Positions 14,124 through 30,700 of a stretch of DNA of 64,000 nt are shown here, in pieces. Source of the DNA: the human T2T-CHM13v2.0 reference genome, Homo sapiens. Both the position numbers and the translations under genes were made by a program. The notes below the pieces were generated by a model. That model worked only from the letters and a program-made list of their open reading frames with translations. It was not told the DNA's origin and ran no database searches. Where the stretch lies: the NCBI RefSeq assembly GCF_009914755.1, contig NC_060937.1; one strand, written 5' to 3'. Each line of letters opens with the position of its first letter. The stretch's first letter is position 1.

Positions 14124-17100
14124 CCAAAGCATGTATTATATACTGTACATAAAATATGAAAGTACATCAAATAGATATTTTATTCTGTACATAAAATATC
14201 AAAGTACACCAGATATATATTTTATTCTGTACATAAAATATCAAAGTACACCAGATATATATTCTATAGTGTACATAAAATATCAAAGTACCCAAACTAT
14301 ACATTATATACTGTACATAAAATATGAAATTACATCAAATATATATTATATTAGGTACATAAAATATGAAAGTACATCAAATATAGATTATATACTGTAC
14401 ATAAAATATCAAAGTACCCCAAATATATATTATATACTCTACATGAAATATCAAAGTTCACAAACTATATATTATATACTGTAAATAAAATATCAAAGTA
14501 CCCAAGGTATATATTCTATACTGTACAAAAAATATCAAAGTATCCAAAGCATGTATTATATACTGTATATAAAATATGAAAGAACATTAAATATATATTT
14601 TATTCTGTACATAAAATATCAAAGTACACCAGATATATATTCTATAGTGTACATAAAATAACAAAGTACGCAAACTATAAATTATATACTGTACATAAAA
14701 TATGAAATTACATCAAATATATATTAGGTACATAAAATATGAAAGTACATCAAATATAGATTATATACTGTACATAAAATATCAATGTACCCCAAATATA
14801 TATTTTATACTCTACATGAAATATCAAAGTTCACAAACCATATATTATATACTGTACATAAAATATCAAAGTACCCAAGGTATATATTCTATACTGTACA
14901 AAAAATATCAAAGTACCCAAAGCATGTATTATATACTGTACATAAAATATGAAAGTACATCAAATATATATTTTATTCTGTACATAAAATATCAAAGTAC
15001 ACCAGATATATATTCTATAGTGTACATAAAATATCAAAGTACCCAAACTATTTATTATATACTGTACATAAAATATGAAATTACATCAAATATATATTAT
15101 ATTAGGTACATAAAATATGAAAGTACATCAAATATAGATTATATACTGTACATGAAATACCAAAGCACCCCTAATATATATTTTATACGGTACATGAAAT
15201 ATCAAAGTTCACAAACTATATATTATATACTGTATATAAAATATCAAAGTACCCAAGGTGTATATTCTATACTGTACAAAAAATATCAAAGTACCCAAAG
15301 CATGTATTATATACTGTACATAAAATATGAAAGTACATCAAATATATATTTTATTCTGTACATAAAATATCAAAGTACACCAGATATATATTCTATAGTG
15401 TACATAAAATATCAAAGTACCCAAACTATACATTATATACTGTACATAAAATATGAAATTACATCAAATATATATTATATTAGGTTCATAAAATATGAAA
15501 GCACATCAAATATAGATTATATACTGTACATTAAATACCAAAGTACCCCAAATATATATTTTATACTGTACATCAAATATCAAAGTTCACAAACTATATA
15601 TTATATACTGTACATAAAATATCAAAGTACCCATGGTATATATTCTACACTGTACAAAAAATATGAAAGTACCCAAAGCATGTGTTATATACTGTATATA
15701 AAATATGAAAGTACATCACACATATATTTTATTCTGTACATAAAATATCAAAGTACACCAGATATATATTCTATAGTGAACATAAAATAACAAAGTACAA
15801 AAACTATAAATTATATGCTGTACATAAAATATGAAATTACATCAAATATATATTAGGTACATAAAATGTGAAAGTACATCAAATATAGATTATATAGTGT
15901 ACATAAAATATCAATGTACCCCAAATATATATTTTATACTCTACATGAAATATCAAAGTTCACAAACCATACATTATATACTGCACATAAAATATCAAAG
16001 TACCCAAGGTATATATTCTATATTGTACAAAAAATATCAAAGTACCCAAAGCATGTATTATATACTGTACATAAAATATGAAACTACATCAAATATATAT
16101 TTTATTCTGTACATAAAATATCAAAGTACACCAGATATATATTCTATAGTGTACATAAAATATCAACGTACCCAAACTATACATTATATACTGTACATAA
16201 AATATGAAATTACATCAAATATATATTATATTAGGTACATAAAATATGAAAGCACATCAAATATAGATTATATACTGTACTTTAAATACCAAAATACCCC
16301 AAATATATACTTTATACTGTACATCAAATATCAAAGTTCACAAACTATATATTATATACTGTACATAAAATATCAAAGTACCCATGGTATATATTCTATA
16401 CTGTACAAAAAATATCAAAGTACCCAAAGCATGTATTATATACTGTACATAAAATATGAAAGTACATCAAATATATATTTTATTCTGCACATACAATATC
16501 AAAGTACACCAGATATATATTCTATAGTGTACATAAAATATAAAAGTACCCAAACTATACATTATATACTGTACATAAAATATGAAATTACCTCAAATAT
16601 ATATTAGGTACATAAAATATGAAAGTACATCAAATATAGATTATATACTGTACATAAAATATCAAAGTACCCCAAATATATATTATATACTCTACATGAA
16701 ATATCAAAGTTCACAAACTATATATTATATACTGTACATAAAATATCCAAGTACCCAAGGTATATATTCTATACTGTACAAAAATATCAACGTACCCAAA
16801 GCATGTATTATATACTCTATATAAAATATGAAAGTACATCACATATATATTTTATTCTGTACATAAAATATCAAACTACACCAGATATATATTCTATAGT
16901 GTACATAAAATAACAAAGTACAAAAACTATAAATTATATGCTGTACATAAAATATGAAATTACATCAAATATATATTAGGTACATAAAATATGAAAGTAC
17001 ATCAAATATAGATTATATACTGTACATAAAATATCAATGTACCCCAAATATATATTTTATACTCTACATGAAATATCAAAGTTCACAAACCATATATTAT

Positions 17101-17206
17101 ATACTGTACATAAAATATCAAAGTACCCAAGGTATATATTCTATACTGTACAAAAAATATCAAAGTACCCAAAGCATGTATTATATACTGTACATAAAAT
17201 ATGAAA
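14088..17206 (+). repeat. About 3.1-kb intra-array duplication, copy 1 (copy 2 at about 24028-27146)
   Basis: Identical ORF translations at constant offset 9940 (14702/24642, 15831/25771, 16582/26522; shared start 16954/26894). Both copies contain a 10-mer HOR. Confidence 0.9.
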
Positions 17207-18884
17207 ATACATTAAATATATATTTTATTCTGTACATAAAATATCAAAGTACTCCAGATATATATTCTATAGTGTACATAAAATAACAAAGTACACAAAG
17301 TATAAATTATATACTGTACGTAAAATATGAAATTACATCAAATATATATTAGGTACATAAAATATGAAAGTACGTCAAATATAGATTTTATACTGTACAT
17401 ATAATATCAATGTACCCCAAATATATATTTTATACTCTACATGAAATATCAAAGTTCACAAACCATACATTATATACTGTACATAAAATATCAAAGTACC
17501 CAAGGTATATATTCTATACTGTACAAAAAATATCAAAGTACCCAAAGCATGTATTATATACTGTATATAAAATATGAAAGTATATCAAATATATATTTTA
17601 TTCTGTACATAAAATATCAAAGTACACCAGATATATATTCTACAGTCTACATAAAATATCAAAGTACCCAAACTATACATTATATACTGTACATAAAATA
17701 TGAAATTACATCAAATATATATTAGGTACATAAAATATGAAAGTACATCAAATATAGATTATATACTGTACATAAAATATCAAAGTACCCCAAATATATA
17801 TTATATACTGTACATGAAATATCAAAGTTCACAAACTATATATTATATACTGTACATAAAATATCAAAGTACCCAAGGTATATATTCTATACTGTACAAA
17901 AAATATCAAAGTACCCAAAGCATGTAGTATATACTGTACATAAAATATCAAAGTACCCCAAATATATATTATATACTCTACATGAAATATCAAAGTTCAC
18001 AAACTATATATTATATACTGTACATAAAATATCAAAGTACCCAAGTTATATATTCTATACTGTACAAAAAATATCAAAGTACACAAAGCATGTATTATAT
18101 ACTGTACATAAAATATGAAAGTACATCAAATATATATTTTATTCTGTACATATAATATCAAAGTACACCAGATATATATTCTATAGTGTACATAAAATAT
18201 CAAAGTACCCAAACTATACATTATATACTGTACATAAAATATGAAATTACATCAAATATATATTAGGTACATAAAATATGAAAGTACATCAAATATAGAT
18301 TATATACTGTACATAAAATATCAATGTACCCCAAATATATATTTTATACTGTACATGAAATATCAAAGTTCACAAACCATATATTATATAATGTACATAA
18401 AATATCAAAGTACCCAAGGTATATATTCTATACTGTACAAAAAATATCAAATTACCCAAAGCATGTATTTTATACTGTACATAAAATATGAAAGTACATC
18501 AAATATATATTTTATTCTGCACATAAAATATCAAAGTACACCAGACATATATTCTATAGTGTACATAAAATATCAAAGTACCCAAACTATACATTATACA
18601 CTGTACATAAAATATGAAATTACATCAAATATATATTATATTAGGTACATAAAATATGAAAGTACATCAAATATAGATTATATACTGTACATAAAATACC
18701 AAAGTACCCCAAATATATATTTTATACAGTACATGAAATATCAAAGTTCACACACTATATATTATATACTGTACATAAAATATCAAAGTACCCAAGGTAT
18801 ATATTCTATACTGTACAAAAAATATCAAAGTACCCAAAGCATGTATTAAATACTGTACATAAAATATGAAAGTACATCAAACAT

Positions 18885-19807
18885 ATATTTTATTCTGTAC
18901 ATAAAATATCAAAGTACACCAGATATATATTCTATAGTGTACATAAAATATCAAAGTACCCAAAATATACATTATAAACTGTACATAAAATATGAAATTA
19001 CATCAAATATATATTATATTAGGAACATAAAATATGAAAGTACATCAAATATAGATTCTATACTGTACATAAAATATCAAAGAACCCCAAATATATATTA
19101 TATACTCTACATGAAATATCAAAGTTCACAAACTATATATTATATACTGTACATAAAATATCAAAGTACCCAAGGTGTATATTCTATACTCTACAAAAAA
19201 TATCAAAGTACCCAAACTATACATTATATACTGTATATAAAATATGAAATTATATCAAATATATATTATATTAGGTACATAAAATATGAAAGTACATCAA
19301 ATATAGATTATATACTGTACATAAAATATCAAAGTACCCAAACTATACATTATATACTGTACATAAAATATGAAATTACATCAAATATATATTAGGTAAA
19401 TAAAATATGAAAGTACATCAAATATAGATTATATACTGTACATAAAATATCAAATTACCCCAAATATATATTATATACTCTACATGAAATATCAAAGTTC
19501 ACAAACTATATATTATATACTGTACATAAAATATCAAAGTACCCAAGGTATATATTCTATACTGTACAAAAAATATCAAAGTATCCAAAGCATGTATTAT
19601 ATACTGTATATAAAATATGAAAGTACATTAAATATATATTTTATTCTGTACATAAAATATCAAAGTACACCAGATATATATTCTATAGTGTACATAAAAT
19701 AACAAAGTACGCAAACTATAAATTATATACTGTACATAAAATATGAAATTACATCAAATATATATTAGGTACATAAAATATGAAAGTACATCAAATATAG
19801 ATTATAT
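18885..19807 (+). repeat. About 0.92-kb duplication (second copy about 21497-22419) containing rearranged HORs
   Basis: ORFs 18937/21549 and 19484/22096 are identical, offset 2612. Confidence 0.85.
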
Positions 19808-22800
19808 ACTGTACATAAAATATCAAAGTACCCCAAATATATATTATATACTCTACATGAAATATCAAAGTTCACAACTATATATTATATACTGTACATA
19901 AAATATCAAAGTACCCAAGGTATATATTCTATACTGTACAAAAAATATCAAAGTACCCAAAGCATGTATTATATACTGTATATAAAATATGAAAGTACAT
20001 TAAATATATATTTTATTCTGTACATAAAATATCAAAGTACACCAGATATATATTCTATAGTGTACATAAAATAACAAAGTACGCAAACTATACATTATAT
20101 ACTGTACATAAAATATGAAATTACATCAAATATATATTAGGTACATAAAATATGAAAGTACATCAAATATAGATTATATACTGTACATATAATATCAATG
20201 TACCCCAAATATATATTTTATACTCTACATGAAATATCAAAGTTCACAAACCATACATTATATACTGTACATAAAATATCAAAGTACCCAAGGTATATAT
20301 TCTATACTGTACAAAAAATATCAAAGTACCCAAAGCATGTATTATATACTGTACATAAAATATGAAAGTACATCAAATATATATTTTATTCTGTACATAA
20401 AATATCAAAGTACACCAGATATACATTCTATAGTGTACATAAAATATCAAAGTACCAAAACTATACATTATATACTGTACATAAAATATGAAATTACATC
20501 AAATATATTTTAGGTACATTAAATATGAAAGTACATCAAATATAGATTATATACTGTACATAAAATATCAAAGTACCCCAAATATATATTATATACTCTA
20601 CATGAAATATCAAAGTTCACATAGTATATATTATATACTGTACATAAAATATCAAAGTACCCAAGGTATATATTCTATACTGTACAAAAAATATCAAAGT
20701 ACCCAAAGCATGTATTATATACTGTACATAAAATATGAAAGTACATCAAATATATATTTTATTCTGTACATAAAATATCAAAGTACAACAGATATATATT
20801 CTATAGTGTACATAAAATAACAAAGTAGAAAAACTATAAATTATATACTGTACATAAAATATGAAATTACATCAAATATATATTAGGTACATAAAATATG
20901 AAAGTACATCAAATATAGATTATATACTGTACATAAATTATCAATGTACCCCAAATATATATTTTATACTCTACATGAAATATCAAAGTTCACAAACCAT
21001 ATATTATATACTGTACATAAAATATCAAGGTACCCAAGGTATATATTCTATACTGTACAAAAAATATCAAAGTACACAAAGCATTTATTACTGTACATAA
21101 AATATGAAAGTACATCAAATATATATTTTATTCTGTACATAAAATATCAAAGTACACCAGATATATATTCTATAGTGTGCATAAAATATCAAAGTACACA
21201 AACTAACAATTATATACTGTACATAAAATATGAAATTACATCAAATATATATTATATTAGGTACATAAAATATGAAAGCACATCAAATATAGATTATATA
21301 CTGTAGTTTAAATACCAAAATACCCCAAATATATATTTTATACTGTACATCAAATATCAAAGTTCACAAACTATATATTATATACTGTACATAAAATATC
21401 AAAGTACCCATGGTATATATTCTATACTGTACAAAAAATATCAAAGTACACAAAGCATTTATTACTGTACATAAAATATGAAAGTACATCAAATATATAT
21501 TTTATTCTGTACATAAAATATCAAAGTACACCAGATATATATTCTATAGTGTACATAAAATATCAAAGTACCCAAAATATACATTATAAACTGTACATAA
21601 AATATGAAATTACATCAAATATATATTATATTAGGAACATAAAATATGAAAGTACATCAAATATAGATTCTATACTGTACATAAAATATCAAAGAACCCC
21701 AAATATATATTATATACTCTACATGAAATATCAAAGTTCACAAACTATATATTATATACTGTACATAAAATATCAAAGTACCCAAGGTGTATATTCTATA
21801 CTCTACAAAAAATATCAAAGTACCCAAACTATACATTATATACTGTATATAAAATATGAAATTATATCAAATATATATTATATTAGGTACATAAAATATG
21901 AAAGTACATCAAATATAGATTATATACTGTACATAAAATATCAAAGTACCCAAACTATACATTATATACTGTACATAAAATATGAAATTACATCAAATAT
22001 ATATTAGGTAAATAAAATATGAAAGTACATCAAATATAGATTATATACTGTACATAAAATATCAAATTACCCCAAATATATATTATATACTCTACATGAA
22101 ATATCAAAGTTCACAAACTATATATTATATACTGTACATAAAATATCAAAGTACCCAAGGTATATATTCTATACTGTACAAAAAATATCAAAGTATCCAA
22201 AGCATGTATTATATACTGTATATAAAATATGAAAGTACATTAAATATATATTTTATTCTGTACATAAAATATCAAAGTACACCAGATATATATTCTATAG
22301 TGTACATAAAATAACAAAGTACGCAAACTATAAATTATATACTGTACATAAAATATGAAATTACATCAAATATATATTAGGTACATAAAATATGAAAGTA
22401 CATCAAATATAGATTATATTCTGTACATATAATATCAATGTACCCCAAATATATATTTTATACTCTACATGAAATATCAAAGTTCACAAACCATACATTA
22501 TATACTGTACATAAAATATCAAAGTACCCAAGGTATATATTCTATACTGTACAAAAAATATCAAAGTACCCAAAGCATGAATTATATACTGTACATAAAA
22601 TATGAAAGTACATCAAATAGATATTTTATTCTGTACATAAAATATCAAAGTACACCAGATATATATTCTATAGTGTACATAAAATATCAAAGTATCCAAA
22701 CTATACATTATATACTGTACATAAAATATGAAATTACATCAAATATATATTAGGTACATAAAATATGAAAGTACATCAAATATAGATTATATACTGTACA

Positions 22801-24027
22801 TAAAATATCAAAGTACCCCAAATATATATTATATACTCTACATGAAATATCAAAGTTCACAACTATATATTATATACTGTACATAAAATATCAAAGTACC
22901 CAAGGTATATATTCTATACTGTACAAAAAATATCAAAGTACCCAAAGCATGTATTATATACTGTATATAAAATATGAAAGTACATTAAATATATATTTTA
23001 TTCTGTACATAAAATATCAAAGTACACCAGATATATATTCTATAGTGTACATAAAATAACAAAGTACGCAAACTATACATTATATACTGTACATAAAATA
23101 TGAAATTACATCAAATATATATTAGGTACATAAAATATGAAAGTACATCAAATATAGATTATATACTGTACATAAAATACCAAAGTACCCCAAATATATA
23201 TTTTATACTGTACATGAAATATCAAAGTTCACACACTATATATTATATACTGTACATAAAATATCAAAGTACCCAAGGTAAATATTCTATACTGTACAAA
23301 AAATATCAAAGTACCCAAAGCATGTATTATATATTGTACATAAAATATGAAAGTACATCAAATATATATTTTATTCTGTACATAAAATATCAAAGTACAC
23401 CAGATATATATTCTATCGTGTACAAAATATCAAAGTACCCAAACTATACATTATATACTGTACATAAAATATGAAATTACATCAAATATATATTATATTA
23501 GGTACATAAAATATGAAAGTACATCAAATATAGATTATATACTGTACATAAAATATCAAATTACCCCAAATATATATTATATACTCTACATGAAATATCA
23601 AAGTTCACAAACTATATATTATATACTGTACATAAAATATCAAAGTACCCAAGGTATATATTCTATACTGTACAAAAAATATCAAAGTATCCAAAGCATG
23701 TATTATATACTGTATATAAAATATGAAAGTACATTAAATATATATTTTATTCTGTACATAAAATATCAAAGTACACCAGATATATATTCTATAGTGTACA
23801 TAAAATAACAAAGTACGCAAACTATAAATTATATACTGTACATAAAATATGAAATTACATCAAATATATATTAGGTACATAAAATATGAAAGTACATCAA
23901 ATATAGATTATATTCTGTACATATAATATCAATGTACCCCAAATATATATTTTATACTCTACATGAAATATCAAAGTTCACAAACCATACATTATATACT
24001 GTACATAAAATATCAATGTACCCAAGG

Positions 24028-27000
24028 TATATATTCTATACTGTACAAAAAATATCAAAGTACCCAAAGCATGTATTATATACTGTACATAAAATATGAA
24101 AGTACATCAAATAGATATTTTATTCTGTACATAAAATATCAAAGTACACCAGATATATATTTTATTCTGTACATAAAATATCAAAGTACACCAGATATAT
24201 ATTCTATAGTGTACATAAAATATCAAAGTACCCAAACTATACATTATATACTGTACATAAAATATGAAATTACATCAAATATATATTATATTAGGTACAT
24301 AAAATATGAAAGTACATCAAATATAGATTATATACTGTACATAAAATATCAAAGTACCCCAAATATATATTATATACTCTACATGAAATATCAAAGTTCA
24401 CAAACTATATATTATATACTGTAAATAAAATATCAAAGTACCCAAGGTATATATTCTATACTGTACAAAAAATATCAAAGTATCCAAAGCATGTATTATA
24501 TACTGTATATAAAATATGAAAGAACATTAAATATATATTTTATTCTGTACATAAAATATCAAAGTACACCAGATATATATTCTATAGTGTACATAAAATA
24601 ACAAAGTACGCAAACTATAAATTATATACTGTACATAAAATATGAAATTACATCAAATATATATTAGGTACATAAAATATGAAAGTACATCAAATATAGA
24701 TTATATACTGTACATAAAATATCAATGTACCCCAAATATATATTTTATACTCTACATGAAATATCAAAGTTCACAAACCATATATTATATACTGTACATA
24801 AAATATCAAAGTACCCAAGGTATATATTCTATACTGTACAAAAAATATCAAAGTACCCAAAGCATGTATTATATACTGTACATAAAATATGAAAGTACAT
24901 CAAATATATATTTTATTCTGTACATAAAATATCAAAGTACACCAGATATATATTCTATAGTGTACATAAAATATCAAAGTACCCAAACTATTTATTATAT
25001 ACTGTACATAAAATATGAAATTACATCAAATATATATTATATTAGGTACATAAAATATGAAAGTACATCAAATATAGATTATATACTGTACATGAAATAC
25101 CAAAGTACCCCTAATATATATTTTATACGGTACATGAAATATCAAAGTTCACAAACTATATATTATATACTGTATATAAAATATCAAAGTACCCAAGGAG
25201 TATATTCTATACTGTACAAAAAATATCAAAGTACCCAAAGCATGTATTATATACTGTACATAAAATATGAAAGTACATCAAATATATATTTTATTCTGTA
25301 CATAAAATATCAAAGTACACCAGATATATATTCTATAGTGTACATAAAATATCAAAGTACCCAAACTATACATTACATACTGTACATAAAATATGAAATT
25401 ACATCAAATATATATTATATTAGGTTCATAAAATATGAAAGCACATCAAATATAGATTATATACTGTACATTAAATACCAAAGTACCCCAAATATATATT
25501 TTATACTGTACATCAAATATCAAAGTTCACAAACTATATATTATATACTGTACATAAAATATCAAAGTACCCATGGTATATATTCTACACTGTACAAAAA
25601 ATATGAAAGTACCCAAAGCATGTGTTATATACTGTATATAAAATATGAAAGTACATCACACATATATTTTATTCTGTACATAAAATATCAAAGTACACCA
25701 GATATATATTCTATAGTGAACATAAAATAACAAAGTACAAAAACTATAAATTATATGCTGTACATAAAATATGAAATTACATCAAATATATATTAGGTAC
25801 ATAAAATGTGAAAGTACATCAAATATAGATTATATAGTGTACATAAAATATCAATGTACCCCAAATATATATTTTATACTCTACATGAAATATCAAAGTT
25901 CACAAACCATACATTATATACTGCACATAAAATATCAAAGTACCCAAGGTATATATTCTATACTGTACAAAAAATATCAAAGTACCCAAAGCATGTATTA
26001 TATACTGTACATAAAATATGAAACTACATCAAATATATATTTTATTCTGTACATAAAATATCAAAGTACACCAGATATATATTCTATAGTGTACATAAAA
26101 TATCAACGTACCCAAACTATACATTATATACTGTACATAAAATATGAAATTACATCAAATATATATTATATTAGGTACATAAAATATGAAAGCACATCAA
26201 ATATAGATTATATACTGTACTTTAAATACCAAAATACCCCAAATATATACTTTATACTGTACATCAAATATCAAAGTTCACAAACTATATATTATATACT
26301 GTACATAAAATATCAAAGTACCCATGGTATATATTCTATACTGTACAAAAAATATCAAAGTACCCAAAGCATGTATTATATACTGTACATAAAATATGAA
26401 AGTACATCAAATATATATTTTATTCTGCACATACAATATCAAAGTACACCAGATATATATTCTATAGTGTACATAAAATATAAAAGTACCCAAACTATAC
26501 ATTATATACTGTACATAAAATATGAAATTACCTCAAATATATATTAGGTACATAAAATATGAAAGTACATCAAATATAGATTATATACTGTACATAAAAT
26601 ATCAAAGTACCCCAAATATATATTATATACTCTACATGAAATATCAAAGTTCACAAACTATATATTATATACTGTACATAAAATATCCAAGTACCCAAGG
26701 TATATATTCTATACTGTACAAAAATATCAACGTACCCAAAGCATGTATTATATACTCTATATAAAATATGAAAGTACATCACATATATATTTTATTCTGT
26801 ACATAAAATATCAAACTACACCAGATATATATTCTATAGTGTACATAAAATAACAAAGTACAAAAACTATAAATTATATGCTGTACATAAAATATGAAAT
26901 TACATCAAATATATATTAGGTACATAAAATATGAAAGTACATCAAATATAGATTATATACTGTACATAAAATATCAATGTACCCCAAATATATATTTTAT

Positions 27001-27146
27001 ACTCTACATGAAATATCAAAGTTCACAAACCATATATTATATACTGTACATAAAATATCAAAGTACCCAAGGTATATATTCTATACTGTACAAAAAATAT
27101 CAAAGTACCCAAAGCATGTATTATATACTGTACATAAAATATGAAA
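24028..27146 (+). repeat. About 3.1-kb intra-array duplication, copy 2
   Basis: Offset 9940 from copy 1. Only a few substitutions noticed (e.g. 15166 C vs 25106 T; 16023 T vs 25963 C). Confidence 0.9.
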
Positions 27147-29750
27147 GTACATCAAATATATATTTTATTCTGTACATAAAATATCAAAGTACACCAGATA
27201 TATATTCTATAGTGTACATAAAATATCAAAGTACCCAAACTATACATTATATACTGTACATAAAATATGAAATTACATCAAATATATATTATATTAGGTA
27301 CATAAAATATGAAAGCACATCAAATATAGATTATATACTGTATATTAAATACCAAAGTACCTCAAATATATATTTTATACTGTACATCAAATACCAAAGT
27401 TCACAAACTATATATTATATACTGTACATAAAATATCAAAGTACCCATGGTATATATTCTACACTGTACAAAAAATATCAAAGTACCCAAAGCATGTATT
27501 ATATACTGTATATAAAATATGAAAGTACATCACATATATATTTTATTCTGTACATAAAATATCAAAGTACACCAGATATATATTCTATAGTGTACATAAA
27601 ATAACAAAGTACAAAAACTATAAATTATATGCTGTACATAAAATATGAAATTACCTCAAATATATATTAGGTACATAAAATATGAAAGTACATCAAATAT
27701 AGATTATATACTGTACATAAAATATCAATGTACCCCAAATATATATTTTATACTCTACATGAAATATCAAAGTTCACAAACCATATATTATATACTGTAC
27801 ATAAAATATCAAAGTACCCAAGGTATATATTCTATACTGTACAAAAAATATCAAAGTACCCAAAGGATGTATTATATACTGTACATAAAATATGAAACTA
27901 CATCAAATATATATTTTATTCTGTACATAAAATATCAAAGTACACCAGATATATATTCTATAGTGTACATAAAATATCAACGTACCCAAACTATACTTTA
28001 TATACTGTACATAAAATATGAAATTACATCAAATATATATTATATTAGGTACATAAAATATGAAAGCACATCAAATATAGATTATATACTGTACTTTAAA
28101 TACCAAAATACCCCAAATATATATTTTATACTGTACATCAAATATCAAAGTTCACAAACTATATATTATATACTGTACATAAAATATCAAAGTACCCATG
28201 GTATATATTCTATACTGTACAAAAAATATCAAAGTACCCAAAGCATGTATTATATACTGTAAATAAAATATGAAAGTACATCAAATATATATTTTATTCT
28301 GTACATAAAATATCAAAGTACACGAGATATATATTCTATAGTGTACATAAAATATAAAAGTACCCAAACTATACATTATATACTGTACATAAAATATGAA
28401 ATTACATCAAATATATATTAGGTACATAAAATATGAAAGTACATCAAATATAGATTATATACTGTACATAAAATATCAAAGTACCCCAAATATATATTAT
28501 ATACTCTACATGAAATATCAAAGTTCACAACTATATATTATATACTGTACATAAAATATCAAACTACCCAAGGTATATATTCTATACTGTACAAAAAATA
28601 TCAAAGTACCCAAAGCATGTATTATATACTGTATATAAAATATGAAAGTACATTAAATATATATTTTATTCTGTACATAAAATATCAAAGTACACCAGAT
28701 ATATATTCTATAGTGTACATAAAATAACAAAGTACACAAACTATAAATTATATACTGTACATAAAATATGAAATTACATCAAATATATATTAGGTACATA
28801 AAATATGAAAGTACATCAAATATAGATTATATACTGTACATATAATATCAATGTACCCCAAATATATATTTTATACTCTAGATGAAATATCAAAGTTCAC
28901 AAACCATACATTATATACTGCACATAAAATATCAAAGTACCCAAGGTATATATTCTATACTGTACAAAAAATATCAAAGTACCCAAAGCATGTATTTTAT
29001 ACTGTACATAAAATATGAAAGTACATCAAATATATATTTTATTCTGTACATAAAATATCAAAGTACACCAGATATATATTCTATAGTGTACATAAAATAT
29101 CAAAGTACCCAAACTATACATTATATACTGTACATAAAATATGAAATTACATCAAATATATATTAGGTACATAAAATATGAAAGTACATCAAATATAGAT
29201 TATATACTGTACATAAAATATCAATGTACCCCAAATATATATTTTATACTCTACATGAAATATCAAAGTTCACAAACCATATATTATATAATGTACATAA
29301 AATATCAAAGTACCCAAGGTATATATTCTATACTGTACAAAAAATATAAAATTACCCAAAGCATTTATTATATACTGTACATAAAATATGAAAGTACATC
29401 AAATATATATTTTATTCTGTACATAAAATATCAAAGTACACCAGATATATATTCTATAGTGTACATAAAATATCAAAGTACCCAAACTATACATTATACA
29501 CTGTACATAAAATATGAAATTACATCAAATATATATTATATTAGGTACATAAAATATGAAAGTACATCAAATATAGATTATATACTGTACATAAAATACC
29601 AAAGTACCCCAAATATATATTTTATAGTGTACATGAAATATCAAAGTTCACACACTATATATTATATACTGTACATAAATTATCAAAGTACCCAAGGTAT
29701 ATATTCTATACTGTACAAAAAATATCAAAGTACCCAAAGCATGTATTATA
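27075..29750 (+). repeat. About 2.7-kb duplication (second copy about 32325-35000)
   Basis: ORFs 27645/32895 and 28882/34132 at offset 5250. Shared CTCTAGATG and TATACTTTA variants and a 1-bp deletion (CACAACTAT). Confidence 0.85.
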
Positions 29751-29859
29751 TACTGTATATAAAATATGAAAGTACATTAAATATATATTTTATTCTGTAC
29801 ATAAAATATCAAAGTACACCAGATATATATTCTATAGTGTACATAAAATAACAAAGTAC

Positions 29860-30700
29860 GCAAACTATAAATTATATACTGTACATAAAATATGAAATTA
29901 CATCAAATATATATTAGGTACATAAAATATGAAAGTACATCAAATATAGATTATATACTGTACATAAAATATCAATGTACCCCAAGTATATATTTTATAC
30001 TCTACATGAAATATCAAAGTTCACAAACCATATATTATATACTGTACATAAAATATCAAAGTACCCAAGGTATATATTCTATACTGTACAAAAAATATCA
30101 AAGTACCCAAAGCATGTATTATATACTGTACATAAAATATGAAAGTACATCAAATAAATATTTTATTCTGTACATAAAATATCAAAGTACACCAGATAAA
30201 TATTCTATAGTGTACATAAAATATCAAAATACCCAAACTATTGATTATATACTGTACATAAAATATGAAATTACATCAAATATATATTATATTAGGTACA
30301 TAAAATATGAAAGTACATCAAATATAGATTATATACTGTACATGAAATACCAAAGTACCCCAAATATATATTTTATACGGTAAATGAAATATCAAAGTTC
30401 ACAAACTATATATTATATACTGTATATAAAATATCAAAGTACCCAAGGTATATATTCTATACTGTACAAAAAATATCAAAGTACCCAAAGCATGTATTAT
30501 ATACTGTACATAAAATATGAAAGTACATCAAATATATATTTTATTCTGTACAGAAAATATCAAAGTACACCAGATATATATTCTATAGTGTACATAAAAT
30601 ATCAAAGTACCCAAACTATACATTATATACTGTACATAAAATATGAAATTACATCAAATTTATATTAGGTACATAAAATATGAAAGTACATCAAATATAG
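29860..30700 (+). repeat. About 0.85-kb duplication (second copy about 36240-37080)
   Basis: ORFs 29892/36271, 30384/36763 and 30643/37022 at offset 6379. Shared CCAAGTATA, CAAATAAATA and CGGTAAATG variants. Confidence 0.85.
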
